A stretch of 64,000 nt of DNA from a virus. The position numbers were made by a program, and so were the translations under genes. Below are positions 1-9,635 of this stretch, piece by piece. The notes under the pieces were generated by a model that saw only the letters and a program-made list of their open reading frames with translations, did no database searches and was not told the DNA's origin. Position 1 is the stretch's first letter; each line of letters opens with the position of its first letter. The stretch lies in the IMG/VR virus record IMGVR_UViG_3300030012_002072, positions 11,570-75,569 of that record; one strand, given 5' to 3'.

Positions 1-14
1 TTAAGCACAGTAAA

Positions 15-338
15 ATGCCACTATATATGAATGGTACAACTGATGACTTAATTGAGAAAGATTGTTTAGGATTAAAAGAAGTAGCAGATTATAATAATAT
101 GCTTAGAAAAGGTTATATGCTTAGTGTTCAACATAAGTGGGCAATGAGAGATTATACACTTACTCCTATAAGTGTTCAGTTAGGCATGCCTTGGGATTGT
201 TATACTCGTTTAATTGATAAAATACCTATGCAATGGAGAAATGCAAGATTGAATGAAAGGTTGTTGCAAAAAGCGAATAAACAGAAAGCTACTCTTGGAA
301 AGTTATTACAAACTGGATTTAAGTTAGGTAAATTATAA
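15..338 (+). CDS. hypothetical protein, probably 5'-truncated by the window edge; last gene of the convergent plus-strand block
   Basis: Frame is open upstream of the ATG at 15 back to position 3; stop overlaps the stop of the minus-strand ORF at 333. Confidence 0.6.
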   Translation: MPLYMNGTTDDLIEKDCLGLKEVADYNNMLRKGYMLSVQHKWAMRDYTLTPISVQLGMPWDCYTRLIDKIPMQWRNARLNERLLQKANKQKATLGKLLQTGFKLGKL

Positions 339-974
339 TATTTCTTCTTTTAGGTCTGACAAGATTTTCCACTCTAGTAATCCCCTATCTCGCATTTCAA
401 GTACAAGCTCTTTTTCCTTTTTAGAATGAATCTCAATCTTTTGACTACTAACTGGCATATGCCAACTAGTCGGATTGTTTTTCCCTGTTTTAAAAGGTAA
501 CTTCTTAGAAAAGAAATCAAAACCTATCAAAGTAATACTCTTACAGTTACATTTTCTTAAAAAGAATAATATTGCAACAAATCCTTGTGAAGGTCTCCAG
601 CCAACTGGCTCATTGGGAATCACTCCTAAAGTCTCATGAATATCTATAATCTCTTCATCTGAGAACATATCAATATACTCAAAATCTTCAGGTATCTTTT
701 CTCTAGGTGGTTTGTCCATATGAATACGACTACGATTTAATAAATTAACACAGTTAAAAAACTTTCTACAGTTTACACGAAGAAATCCTGTAACCCATAT
801 ATCTGTTCTCTTACCTAAACTTGCTTTATAATCGTAAGGCATACCTCTTCCAAAACGAACAATAGTATCAAAAGATTCTATGTAATCTCCATATTGATAT
901 TGTAGAATCTCAACTGAGTTTCCTACTAATATTAATCTTTTTCCTTCTGTAACTTTTTGTAAATTTGTTTCCAT
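333..974 (-). CDS. GT29-like (sialyltransferase-like) glycosyltransferase
   Basis: Sialylmotif-L-like LVGNS..L....G..IESFD.IVRF...P......GKRTD, motif-S-like PSQG.......C.C..ITLIGF, VS-like HxxxE. Confidence 0.75.
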   Translation of the reverse strand: METNLQKVTEGKRLILVGNSVEILQYQYGDYIESFDTIVRFGRGMPYDYKASLGKRTDIWVTGFLRVNCRKFFNCVNLLNRSRIHMDKPPREKIPEDFEYIDMFSDEEIIDIHETLGVIPNEPVGWRPSQGFVAILFFLRKCNCKSITLIGFDFFSKKLPFKTGKNNPTSWHMPVSSQKIEIHSKKEKELVLEMRDRGLLEWKILSDLKEEIL

Positions 975-1588
975 TCGTTTGAATATAGTATGTTATCGTG
1001 GATATTGTGCCATGGTCCGCCATCGGTGAAATGGACTGCTTTTGGACTCTTGAAGTCATAATAATTAACCATAGCATTGTATTCTGCGGGAATGTCGCCG
1101 ATTGATTCTGCCCATTCCATTTCATGTAAATCACTCGCAGGTGCATGATTTACATACTCTAAAGTAAGTGTTTGACAATCAATATTATTAAACCACATTA
1201 GAGATGACCAATATTTTTTAGGATAAGCAAGATTTATTTTATTATTCATCTTTATATCTGGTACTAAAAACTGTGGGTGTTTTACACAATATACATCGTG
1301 GTCTGTATCTGTAACTTCTACTATTTCTTGTGGGTCACATTTCCACATAAAATCACTATCACAAAATAACGCACACCCTTGGTACATTGAAAGATAAGGA
1401 ACTAGAAACCGTGTAAAAGCAAACTCTGTGCTTTCATTTTGGTACGGTCTCCAGTATAATCCTTCTCTTTCTAATTCTTCTTTTACAAGAGGTCTGATAT
1501 CATGTCTACGAGTGTATCTTTCTATAGATGCTTTACACACCTCATACGCCTCATGTTGTTTTGAATCATACCCAATGTAAATTATCAT
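932..1588 (-). CDS. GT8-like (GT-A fold) glycosyltransferase
   Basis: IYIGYD, STEFAFTRFLVP, FCDSDF (DxD), HFTDGGPW motifs. Confidence 0.8.
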   Translation of the reverse strand: MIIYIGYDSKQHEAYEVCKASIERYTRRHDIRPLVKEELEREGLYWRPYQNESTEFAFTRFLVPYLSMYQGCALFCDSDFMWKCDPQEIVEVTDTDHDVYCVKHPQFLVPDIKMNNKINLAYPKKYWSSLMWFNNIDCQTLTLEYVNHAPASDLHEMEWAESIGDIPAEYNAMVNYYDFKSPKAVHFTDGGPWHNIHDNILYSNEWKQIYKKLQKEKD

Positions 1589-1776
1589 GACTTAAGTCTT
1601 TCTCCTAAATCATTTACATAGGCTTGTCGAGCAGTCTTTACAGCGGCAAGTTCATTCTGAAGTTCTATTGTTTTAACATCACAAAATTTAACTGCTTGTA
1701 CTAAAGACCTTTGCTCATTGTCCATGTTTTCGATAAGATATTCTTTCTCATCTATAGTTATAGTTTCTGAACTCAT
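1585..1776 (-). CDS. small hypothetical protein (DUF6447-like)
   Basis: TITIDEKEY start plus coiled coil; ATGA-type overlaps with both neighbours. Confidence 0.6.
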   Translation of the reverse strand: MSSETITIDEKEYLIENMDNEQRSLVQAVKFCDVKTIELQNELAAVKTARQAYVNDLGERLKS

Positions 1777-2732
1777 TTAAAAACATCCTGCCAATTTCCT
1801 TGTGTACTAGCCTTAGCATACTCGGTAGCACGGTTTTCGAAAAAGTTGGTATGCTCAACCGCATTTATCTGCATATCAATCCATGGAAGCGGATTTTCAG
1901 TGCTATGGAATATTGCTTTCATACCAAGACCGAGTAATCGTCTATCGGCGATGTATCTTATGTATTCTTTCACTTCTCTTGCTGTTAAATCAGGTATGTC
2001 TGCTTTATCAAAACAAACATCAATAAATTTATCTTCTAATTCAACAACGCGTTCCGCTGCACAATATATCTCATATTTTAGTTTATCTGTCCATATATCT
2101 GGATTTTCTGCAATAAAAGTTCTAAAGAGTTTTGATAGTCCTTCAACATGAAGGGACTCGTCTCTTATAGACCATGTTACTATCTGCCCCATACCTTTCA
2201 TAAGGTTATGTCTAGGATAGTTTAGAAGTATAGCAAAACTACTAAATAGTTGTACTCCTTCTGTAAATCCACTATAAACTGCCATTGTTTTTGCCATTTC
2301 ATGTGGACTGTTCATATTAAAGTCAGTAAGATACTCATGCTTTTCTGACATAGCTTGTATATCAAAAAACTCTTGATACATATCATCTGACTTACCTAAA
2401 GTTTCTAATAGTAAAGAGTATGCTTCTTGGTGAACTGCTTCCATAGCAGCATAGCTCACTAACATCATTCTTACTTCAGGTTGTTTGAATGTTGGTAGAT
2501 AATGCTTTGCATATCCACAACATACATCAACATCAGCTTGGGTAAAGAACTTAAATATATTATCTATAAGTGTTCTTTCTCCGTCTGATAATTTTTGGTT
2601 ATAATCCTTGATGTCATCTTGTAGTGGCACTTCATCAGGTAGCCAATGCATTTGCTGTTGTTTTTTGTAAAACTCAAATGCCCAAGGATAAACAAAAGGT
2701 TTATAATATTCTCTTTCTTCTAATAAATTCAT
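1773..2732 (-). CDS. nrdB: ribonucleotide reductase class Ia beta subunit
   Basis: KPFVYPW, FFTQAD, EAVHQEAY, EGVQLFSSF, RDESLH, NFFENR motifs. Confidence 0.97.
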   Translation of the reverse strand: MNLLEEREYYKPFVYPWAFEFYKKQQQMHWLPDEVPLQDDIKDYNQKLSDGERTLIDNIFKFFTQADVDVCCGYAKHYLPTFKQPEVRMMLVSYAAMEAVHQEAYSLLLETLGKSDDMYQEFFDIQAMSEKHEYLTDFNMNSPHEMAKTMAVYSGFTEGVQLFSSFAILLNYPRHNLMKGMGQIVTWSIRDESLHVEGLSKLFRTFIAENPDIWTDKLKYEIYCAAERVVELEDKFIDVCFDKADIPDLTAREVKEYIRYIADRRLLGLGMKAIFHSTENPLPWIDMQINAVEHTNFFENRATEYAKASTQGNWQDVFK

Positions 2733-4508
2733 TTAGCCCTCGCAACTTAAACAATCTTGTTGTTCAAAGATTATTTCTCTCTTTGCCTGAGAAGTTACAT
2801 TATCAGCACGGCTAATAGCTTCACTCCTAAGGTAATATAATGTTTTTAAATTCTTTGCCCAAGCCAACATATGAACATTGTGTAAGTCACCTTTGTTCAC
2901 ATCTGGTGGGAAGAATAAGTTTACACTTTGTGACTGACATATAAAAGGTTGTCTAACTGCAGCATGCTCAACTACCCACGATTGGTTAATTTCAACAGCT
3001 GTTTTAAATACATCTTTCTCCCAGTCATCTAGTAAATCTAAGTGTTGTACACTTCCTTTGTTTGCAACTATACTTTTCCAAGTTTCTTCGTATGTTGGTA
3101 AATGTCCTATTTTCTGCATTAGAAGTCTATCTAAGAATTTATTTTTAACTAGATTACTTCCTGTTTTGGTTTTCTGAGTATAGGCATTTGCTCTAAACGG
3201 TTCAATACTTGGTGAAGTATTACCACAAATAATACTAGAACTTGCATTAGGAGCGATAGCTAGTAAGTGAGCATTTCGCACAGAAGCAGTATCATCATCA
3301 GGACATGCCCCTCTTTCTACTGCAAGTTGTCTAGTAGTTTGTTCTGCGTTTGACTTTATAAAATCAAACATTTCTATATTAACAGAATTAGCCATTCCAC
3401 TTTCAAATGGTATACTGTTCTTTTGTAAATAGGCATGGAATCCCATTGCTCCAAGTCCAATGCTTCTCTCCCTCATAGCACTAAACTTAGCTTTTTCTAA
3501 TTGACTTGGTGCATTCTCGATAAATGAATCTAATACATTATCAAGCATACGAATCAAGTCAGGAACAAATGAACCATGAGTTTTCCACTCGTCATAATAT
3601 TCCAAATTCACACTAGAAAGACAACATACTGCTGTTCTTTCTTCATCTGTAGCAAGAGTTATTTCACTACAAAGATTACTGTGATGTACCTTTAATCCTT
3701 TTCGTTTTTGGAAGTCTGGTAAATCATTATTTACTGCATCCTCAAACATTAGATAAGGCTCTCCTGTTTCCATTCTATTCTGTAGAATTTTTACCCACAA
3801 AGCTCTAGCACTTACTGTTTTAGTGACTCGTCCGCTATGAGGGTCAATAAGAGGCCAGCTATCATCGAAATTATCAAACTTGGTAGCACTGTGAATGAGT
3901 TCCATAAACTCATCTGGAACAACCACAGCATGATGTAAATTAAGGCACTTACGATTGGTGTCACCACCAGTAGGTTTCCTAACATCTAAAAACTCCTCTA
4001 TTTCGGGGTGGCTCATATGTAGATACCCAGCGTATGAACCCCGTCTTGTCACACCCTGACTAAATGCTAACATTTCTGCATCTACAACTTTTACAAAAGG
4101 TATTACTCCAGTAGACTCTGAGCCTTTCGATGTCTTAGTTCCTACAGAACGAACATCACTCCAAGTTCCTCCGATACCACCACCAAAACTACTTAGAAAA
4201 GCATTTTCAGTAAAATGGTCTGTAATACCCTCTCTACTATCATCAACATAATTAAGAAAACAACTAATTGGTAAGCCTCTTCTTGTACCACCATTAGATA
4301 GTACGGGAGTTGCAAACATAAACCATAGTTTACTTACATAATCATATAAACGCTGTGCATGGTCATCGTCATCTGCAAATGTTTCTGCAGCACGAGCAAA
4401 TGCTTCCTGAGGTGATGTTTCACCTGGAATCATGTATCTATCTTTTAAAGTTGCTATTGCAAATTCGCCAAGCAACTCATCTCTACTATAATCTATCTTC
4501 ACTGACAT
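2733..4508 (-). CDS. nrdA: ribonucleotide reductase class Ia alpha subunit (no ATP cone)
   Basis: ATPVLSN, PISCF, SNLCSEI, IAPNASSS, KTLYY and C-terminal CLSC. Confidence 0.97.
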   Translation of the reverse strand: MSVKIDYSRDELLGEFAIATLKDRYMIPGETSPQEAFARAAETFADDDDHAQRLYDYVSKLWFMFATPVLSNGGTRRGLPISCFLNYVDDSREGITDHFTENAFLSSFGGGIGGTWSDVRSVGTKTSKGSESTGVIPFVKVVDAEMLAFSQGVTRRGSYAGYLHMSHPEIEEFLDVRKPTGGDTNRKCLNLHHAVVVPDEFMELIHSATKFDNFDDSWPLIDPHSGRVTKTVSARALWVKILQNRMETGEPYLMFEDAVNNDLPDFQKRKGLKVHHSNLCSEITLATDEERTAVCCLSSVNLEYYDEWKTHGSFVPDLIRMLDNVLDSFIENAPSQLEKAKFSAMRERSIGLGAMGFHAYLQKNSIPFESGMANSVNIEMFDFIKSNAEQTTRQLAVERGACPDDDTASVRNAHLLAIAPNASSSIICGNTSPSIEPFRANAYTQKTKTGSNLVKNKFLDRLLMQKIGHLPTYEETWKSIVANKGSVQHLDLLDDWEKDVFKTAVEINQSWVVEHAAVRQPFICQSQSVNLFFPPDVNKGDLHNVHMLAWAKNLKTLYYLRSEAISRADNVTSQAKREIIFEQQDCLSCEG

Positions 4509-5343
4509 AATTATCCACCAATTTTGTTATTTCCTCTCCATGTCCTAGCAATGCGCCATCGACATCATATGTTAAATCCATAAGTTTGATACCGATTTCT
4601 AATCCATCACTTCCAAACTCATTTAAGTTCTGAATGTATTTATATCTTCCATCGATAGGCAAACTTGCCATAATATCAAAAACATCTCCATACTGTTCGA
4701 TTAATTGAGTTGCACGCTTTGGCCCAACTCCATCAACTCCTGGAACATTATCTCCTTTATCTCCTGTTAAGCACTTATAAGTAAGAAAGTACTCAGGGTC
4801 AAAGTCATAGTGTTCATCCCAGTTATGAACTGTTGTTTCTTTTCTTGTGACAGTCGAAAAACGACTGACTTTATCATTGACTAGTAAATCCCAGTCTTTA
4901 TCTGATGATATTAACCATATTTCATCTATACCTAAGTCTTCTCTTTGACTACAGATATAAGCTGCTATATCATCTGCTTCTACGCCTTGATACTTAAGTG
5001 TAAGATATCCCTTACTCTTAAGAGTATTCATGGTCGTTTGGAACTCCGCTAAGAACTCTAAAAACTCTTGTTCTTCTTCGGGAGTTTGTTCTGCATATCG
5101 TTCTTTACGATTTGCTTTGTACTCTGGATAGATTTCTTTACGATAGTTACTACCGCCGTCACCTAAGACTACTATCTCTCCACAGTTGTAGGACTTTGCC
5201 AAGGATTGAACTGTTCTAACATAATCATGTTCGAAGTCGTTGCGTCCTTGATGTTTCCATCGAAAAGCCAGATTGAGTCCATCAACAATCAATAAGTTCC
5301 CATTCGGGATCGGCTTTCCATGGCTCGTAAATTGTATCGCCAT
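4486..5343 (-). CDS. D15: flap endonuclease / 5'-3' exonuclease (T5 D15-like)
   Basis: IVDGLNLAFR, EYKANRK, EADD, SSDKD, GDKGDNVPGVDGVG (H3TH). Confidence 0.93.
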   Translation of the reverse strand: MAIQFTSHGKPIPNGNLLIVDGLNLAFRWKHQGRNDFEHDYVRTVQSLAKSYNCGEIVVLGDGGSNYRKEIYPEYKANRKERYAEQTPEEEQEFLEFLAEFQTTMNTLKSKGYLTLKYQGVEADDIAAYICSQREDLGIDEIWLISSDKDWDLLVNDKVSRFSTVTRKETTVHNWDEHYDFDPEYFLTYKCLTGDKGDNVPGVDGVGPKRATQLIEQYGDVFDIMASLPIDGRYKYIQNLNEFGSDGLEIGIKLMDLTYDVDGALLGHGEEITKLVDNYVSEDRL

Positions 5344-5770
5344 TTGTAAATTCTATTTCCTCGGTTTCTAAAAATTTTTCGGCAAAGGTAACATAGCACC
5401 CTAGCCAGTTTATATACATATGTTTTTTGTACTGTGGCTTTCTTGTCGTTGCCACATACCATTGAGAGTGGTTTTCTTTGAAAATAAGCAAAGGTTCTTG
5501 TTCCATTTGTTCTGCTTGTTTACAAAGTTTAGACCACCACCCAACAAAGGTATTACTTTTTTGAGTGAAGATTTTATGGTTAAAAGCCATATCACGATAG
5601 AACTTAACTTCTATTGTAAATATGTTATGCTTGTGTGGTATATAAAGGTCTCCTTTAATTTTACCACTACCACTACCTGGAGTCTGCGTGAAGGTTAGAC
5701 CTGTATGTCTATGGAGCATGCCAGCGACTTTTAATTCTGCGTCATGTCCTTTCCTTCTTGAATTAACCAA
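5282..5770 (-). CDS. D14: T5 D14-like PD-(D/E)xK nuclease (Holliday junction resolvase-like)
   Basis: NSRRKG..AE, PGSGSG, GDL, IEVK; T5 synteny. Confidence 0.85.
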   Translation of the reverse strand: MVNSRRKGHDAELKVAGMLHRHTGLTFTQTPGSGSGKIKGDLYIPHKHNIFTIEVKFYRDMAFNHKIFTQKSNTFVGWWSKLCKQAEQMEQEPLLIFKENHSQWYVATTRKPQYKKHMYINWLGCYVTFAEKFLETEEIEFTNGDTIYEPWKADPEWELIDC

Positions 5771-5990
5771 TCAACTTCTCCAGTTCTGTGTAACCTCCAA
5801 TCTTCTCGCCATCTACCACTATCTGTGGAAATGTACGAGCACCAGGGAATAATTCCCTAACATCAGCAGCAAGATAATCCTTGCCCATCATTTTATACTG
5901 TACTTCAGTTACTTCATCCGCCATGTCAGCTAAGAACTTAGCTTTTGTACAATACGGACAGTTTGGTATGCTGTAGATTTCTACTTTCAT
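5763..5990 (-). CDS. glutaredoxin
   Basis: CPYC, TFPQI, IGGY motifs. Confidence 0.92.
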   Translation of the reverse strand: MKVEIYSIPNCPYCTKAKFLADMADEVTEVQYKMMGKDYLAADVRELFPGARTFPQIVVDGEKIGGYTELEKLIG

Positions 5991-6433
5991 TCCATTGTCT
6001 CCTCAATAAATTTTCCTATTGTTTCTATTTCTTGTTCTGAGAGCATAGCTGCTTGAGCCCACATTGTAGAACTCATGCTTCCAACCTCTCCTCTGTTTTT
6101 GTATACAGTTAATCTGTCAATTATATACTCAGAACTTTGTCCTGCCAGTTTAGGAAATACTGCCATACCCTGTCCTTCATTACCGTGACAAGCTGCACAA
6201 CCAGCCCATAGACTTCTAATAGAACTGAAAGGGTCACCTTCAGCGGCTGCTTTCTTTCTTTGCTCTATCTGTGCAGGTGTGCCATGTATTTTAACATATT
6301 CTGCATAGCACTCTCCTGTGCAAGAGTGTGCACTATCATATCCTTTATAATCTAGGCTACTATAAGCAAATGTTATAGTTCCTATCATAAATGCTGTTAT
6401 TGATATAACATATCCTTTCACTCGTCTCTCCAA
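5987..6433 (-). CDS. membrane-anchored or exported cytochrome c (c553/c4-like)
   Basis: N-terminal hydrophobic helix, CAACH, PKLAGQ, distal Met. Confidence 0.88.
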   Translation of the reverse strand: MERRVKGYVISITAFMIGTITFAYSSLDYKGYDSAHSCTGECYAEYVKIHGTPAQIEQRKKAAAEGDPFSSIRSLWAGCAACHGNEGQGMAVFPKLAGQSSEYIIDRLTVYKNRGEVGSMSSTMWAQAAMLSEQEIETIGKFIEETME

Positions 6434-6720
6434 TTTTTAAGCCATTGGGCTCCGTCTCTTTCTGCGTCTAAGAATACTGCATTTGTAAATGCAACAGGTA
6501 ATATTACTGCTATGTGTACAATTATACTTGTTAATGTACTATACCCTAGCCATCCCATATAAAATGAGGCAACAAAGCCAAAGTACACACTCCACATAAC
6601 AAATAATACTAATGTAAAATAAGTTTGTAAACTTGGGTCGGCAATATGTCTAAGTGGATTATATCTATTATCCATTACTAATCTCCAAGAATCAACTATA
6701 AATAAAATAAGTTTTTTCAT
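6418..6720 (-). CDS. hypothetical membrane protein (2 TM)
   Basis: Two hydrophobic segments; packed in operon. Confidence 0.65.
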   Translation of the reverse strand: MKKLILFIVDSWRLVMDNRYNPLRHIADPSLQTYFTLVLFVMWSVYFGFVASFYMGWLGYSTLTSIIVHIAVILPVAFTNAVFLDAERDGAQWLKNWRDE

Positions 6721-6911
6721 ACTGCTAGTCCTATTAAGTAAAATGCCGCCAGCATACAGCCGAAAACAAATACCTGAACGAAAGCCATAAAAGCTACGAA
6801 AGGTATTTGTCTATCTCCATACCAATCAAGTTCCTCTTTTCGCCACTTCTCAAATTCTTCAGGAGTAGCGTCTTTAGGTTTGTTTAGTAATAACTCTAAC
6901 TGCTGAGGCAT
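6717..6911 (-). CDS. hypothetical membrane protein
   Basis: C-terminal TM segment; overlaps neighbours. Confidence 0.55.
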   Translation of the reverse strand: MPQQLELLLNKPKDATPEEFEKWRKEELDWYGDRQIPFVAFMAFVQVFVFGCMLAAFYLIGLAV

Positions 6912-8713
6912 GATATATTATCTTCTTTAATTATTTCTATTTTTTCAAGTAGTGGGTGAGTCCAACCGTGAGAAACTAAATATGTATTTAGATTTTCTTC
7001 TTTCAGCAGGACTTCAACCACTTTTTCTTTTCCTTGTTCATCTAATGCTTGATTAACTTCGTCAAGGAAAAGAACATTAATTTGACTTCTACTTATAGAA
7101 GTCATTAGCTTTCTAATGGCAACTAGAGTAGCAATATTTACTCTCGCTAGTTCCCCACTTGAAAGCGCAAGAATATCAATAATGTTTCCATTATCTGATA
7201 CTTCTACATTGAGTTTGTCGTTTTCTACAACAAAATTGATACTGAACCTGCCGTCACTAAACTCTGCAAGATATTCGTTGGTAAGTATCTCTAGTTCTTT
7301 GACAAGGGATTCGATTTTGTACGCGAGTAAACCGTTTGTACTAAATGCTTTTTTAAGTATTTCAAGTACCGTAAGTTTGTCTTCTGCACTCTGTAATCCA
7401 TTTTCGAGTGATACCAACTGCTCTTGAAACTGTGCAGTTTGTTCCTGTATGATACCAATTCTAGTATTATGTCGTTCCCTTCGTTCATTTTCTTCTACGA
7501 CCTCCGAAAGAGCTTGCCTAGTAGTGGCAATCTTCTCACGAAGCGTTTGAATCTGATTTTCCAACTCTTCTCCGTTAATGACTTGTGAAGGGAGTTCGTT
7601 GTCGATACTGCGGTAGATATCTTCCCAAGATTTGATGTTTTTGGTTGCTTCCCTATGTATTTCATTTTGCTCCTCTATTTGTTGCAGTCTTTCTCTATCT
7701 TTATCTGCAAACTTCTGACATTGTTGTATTCTTTCTTCATGCTCTTTTATCATATTACTTACGAAAACTTGGTCAATGTCTCCATCGCAAGTAGGACAAG
7801 TAGCATTTTCCATACCCGCTAGGGTTTGGTATTTTTCTAGCATCTTTTCCTCGTGCATTTGTTCTGACTTCCAAGACCCTAATCCTGTAAGATAACTAGA
7901 AGTGTCAAGAAGTTCTGGATGCTCTGCTAATAATCTTTTGTTTTCGTGCAGGTCTATTGTTTTTAACTGCTCTTTCAGATGATTATTAGTATTTATATTT
8001 TTATTCTTCTGAGAGATATTTTCAAATTCTATCTGTAAAGAACTTAAAGACTTCTCATCTTCTTCTGACTGAAATGGTAAATCCATCTTCTCAAGTAGTC
8101 TAGTATCTTCTAAAAAATTATCCTCGAGCCATTTTTCAATTGTTGCAATTTTCGCGTTGCTTGTAGTAATATCACTTGAAGCTACGCGTACTGCTTCTTT
8201 GAAAGTCTCAAAGAACGATACATATTCGTCTAATTTTAATAGGTCAATCAGGAACTTTTTCCTGTTTGTGTCTGTCGCTGTCAGAAATTGTAAAGACGCA
8301 TTAGTATTCTGATATACTAATTGACTGAATGTTTTGAAGTCTATACCTAAAACTTCTCCCAAAGTTTTGTAAGTATTCGATGCGGTATGAGAACTTATGT
8401 CCTCTCCGTTCTTTGTAAGTTTACACTTTAGTGTAGACCTACGACTAACAGAAATGCAGTAAGCATCGTTATCGACACTAAATTCAAGAGAGATATCATA
8501 TCCCTTATTAACATATCTGTTTGCAATGTCTGCCTTTTTAACATTTTTACTATTCTTATTAAATAAAACTTCCTCTAATATTAATGGTATAGAGGATTTA
8601 CCAACTCCATTAGTTCCAACTAATTGTGTAAGTGTGTCAGATGATAAATCTAACTCATTGTTTGCTCCATACGAGAAACAATTATCCCACTTCAGTTTTT
8701 GTAGAATAATCAT
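6896..8713 (-). CDS. D13: SbcC/Rad50-like recombination ATPase (T5 D13)
   Basis: GTNGVGKS, CPTC zinc hook, LSSGE, FLDE, SH motifs, coiled coil. Confidence 0.95.
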   Translation of the reverse strand: MIILQKLKWDNCFSYGANNELDLSSDTLTQLVGTNGVGKSSIPLILEEVLFNKNSKNVKKADIANRYVNKGYDISLEFSVDNDAYCISVSRRSTLKCKLTKNGEDISSHTASNTYKTLGEVLGIDFKTFSQLVYQNTNASLQFLTATDTNRKKFLIDLLKLDEYVSFFETFKEAVRVASSDITTSNAKIATIEKWLEDNFLEDTRLLEKMDLPFQSEEDEKSLSSLQIEFENISQKNKNINTNNHLKEQLKTIDLHENKRLLAEHPELLDTSSYLTGLGSWKSEQMHEEKMLEKYQTLAGMENATCPTCDGDIDQVFVSNMIKEHEERIQQCQKFADKDRERLQQIEEQNEIHREATKNIKSWEDIYRSIDNELPSQVINGEELENQIQTLREKIATTRQALSEVVEENERRERHNTRIGIIQEQTAQFQEQLVSLENGLQSAEDKLTVLEILKKAFSTNGLLAYKIESLVKELEILTNEYLAEFSDGRFSINFVVENDKLNVEVSDNGNIIDILALSSGELARVNIATLVAIRKLMTSISRSQINVLFLDEVNQALDEQGKEKVVEVLLKEENLNTYLVSHGWTHPLLEKIEIIKEDNISCLSS

Positions 8714-9635
8714 TAAAAACTCCCATAATATTTCTTATCTTGTTATCGTCAAGAGATAATATTTCTTTTAGGTACACACCTAACTCATCAGAAATAGTCA
8801 TATCTCCATGTAAGTCTAAAGTTGCTTCAACCTCTCGTTTTACAACTTTTTTATCAAGTAAATCAGAGTTTTTAACTTTTGCCAAATCTTGCACATCTCC
8901 TTCTAATTCGTATATAGTATGGTGAAAGTCTGTTTGCACCATTTCAGCTGGGTCTTCCACAGTCTTACGAATAAGTTGTGGTAAGTCAAACTGATGCCAT
9001 GTCCAATCAAAGTTATCATCAATAATTAGATACCCCGTTTGGACTTGGTTTCTATGAAAAGATGTTGTCATTGGGCTTCCTGGGTACACAATATTTCGTT
9101 GAGTATTCTCGTGAGCATGTAAGTCTCCAGCAAAAACCGTTTTGAACTTGTCAAATCTCTGTAATTCTACTTCTGGTATAACATGAGGTGGTATCTCTCC
9201 ACGCACATGAGTAAATAAGATATCTGCTTCAATATCTTCTATGTGATTCTTTTTATGCAAGTCTGCGTAGGGAAGAATCGCCCAGTTATCCTCATAGTAA
9301 GTTTCTGTTATTACTTCTACTAGAGGGTTAATATCTTTTGTGGCACGAATTAAATTACTAAAGAATGTATAATTCTTCTTAGTTGCTTCGTGATTTCCGT
9401 CATAGATAATTGTTCTTACTTTTTGTTTTGCTACAAAATCAAAATATAAAGTAAGTTCATCCATTGAAGGGACTCGGTCAAACAAGTCCCCTCCAATGAT
9501 ATGTAGAGTTACTTCGTGTTCATCTATAGCTTCTTGCACTTGTTCAAAGAACATCTGATATCTAGTACATGCCCAAGGGACAGGTACATTCTTTTGTCCT
9601 AATTTAATATGCCAATCTGCTGTAAATAAAATCAT
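8682..9635 (-). CDS. D12: SbcD/Mre11-like nuclease (T5 D12)
   Basis: ADWH, GDLFD, GNHE, GDLH, YPGS; start moved to ATG at 9635. Confidence 0.93.
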   Translation of the reverse strand: MILFTADWHIKLGQKNVPVPWACTRYQMFFEQVQEAIDEHEVTLHIIGGDLFDRVPSMDELTLYFDFVAKQKVRTIIYDGNHEATKKNYTFFSNLIRATKDINPLVEVITETYYEDNWAILPYADLHKKNHIEDIEADILFTHVRGEIPPHVIPEVELQRFDKFKTVFAGDLHAHENTQRNIVYPGSPMTTSFHRNQVQTGYLIIDDNFDWTWHQFDLPQLIRKTVEDPAEMVQTDFHHTIYELEGDVQDLAKVKNSDLLDKKVVKREVEATLDLHGDMTISDELGVYLKEILSLDDNKIRNIMGVFNDYSTKTEVG

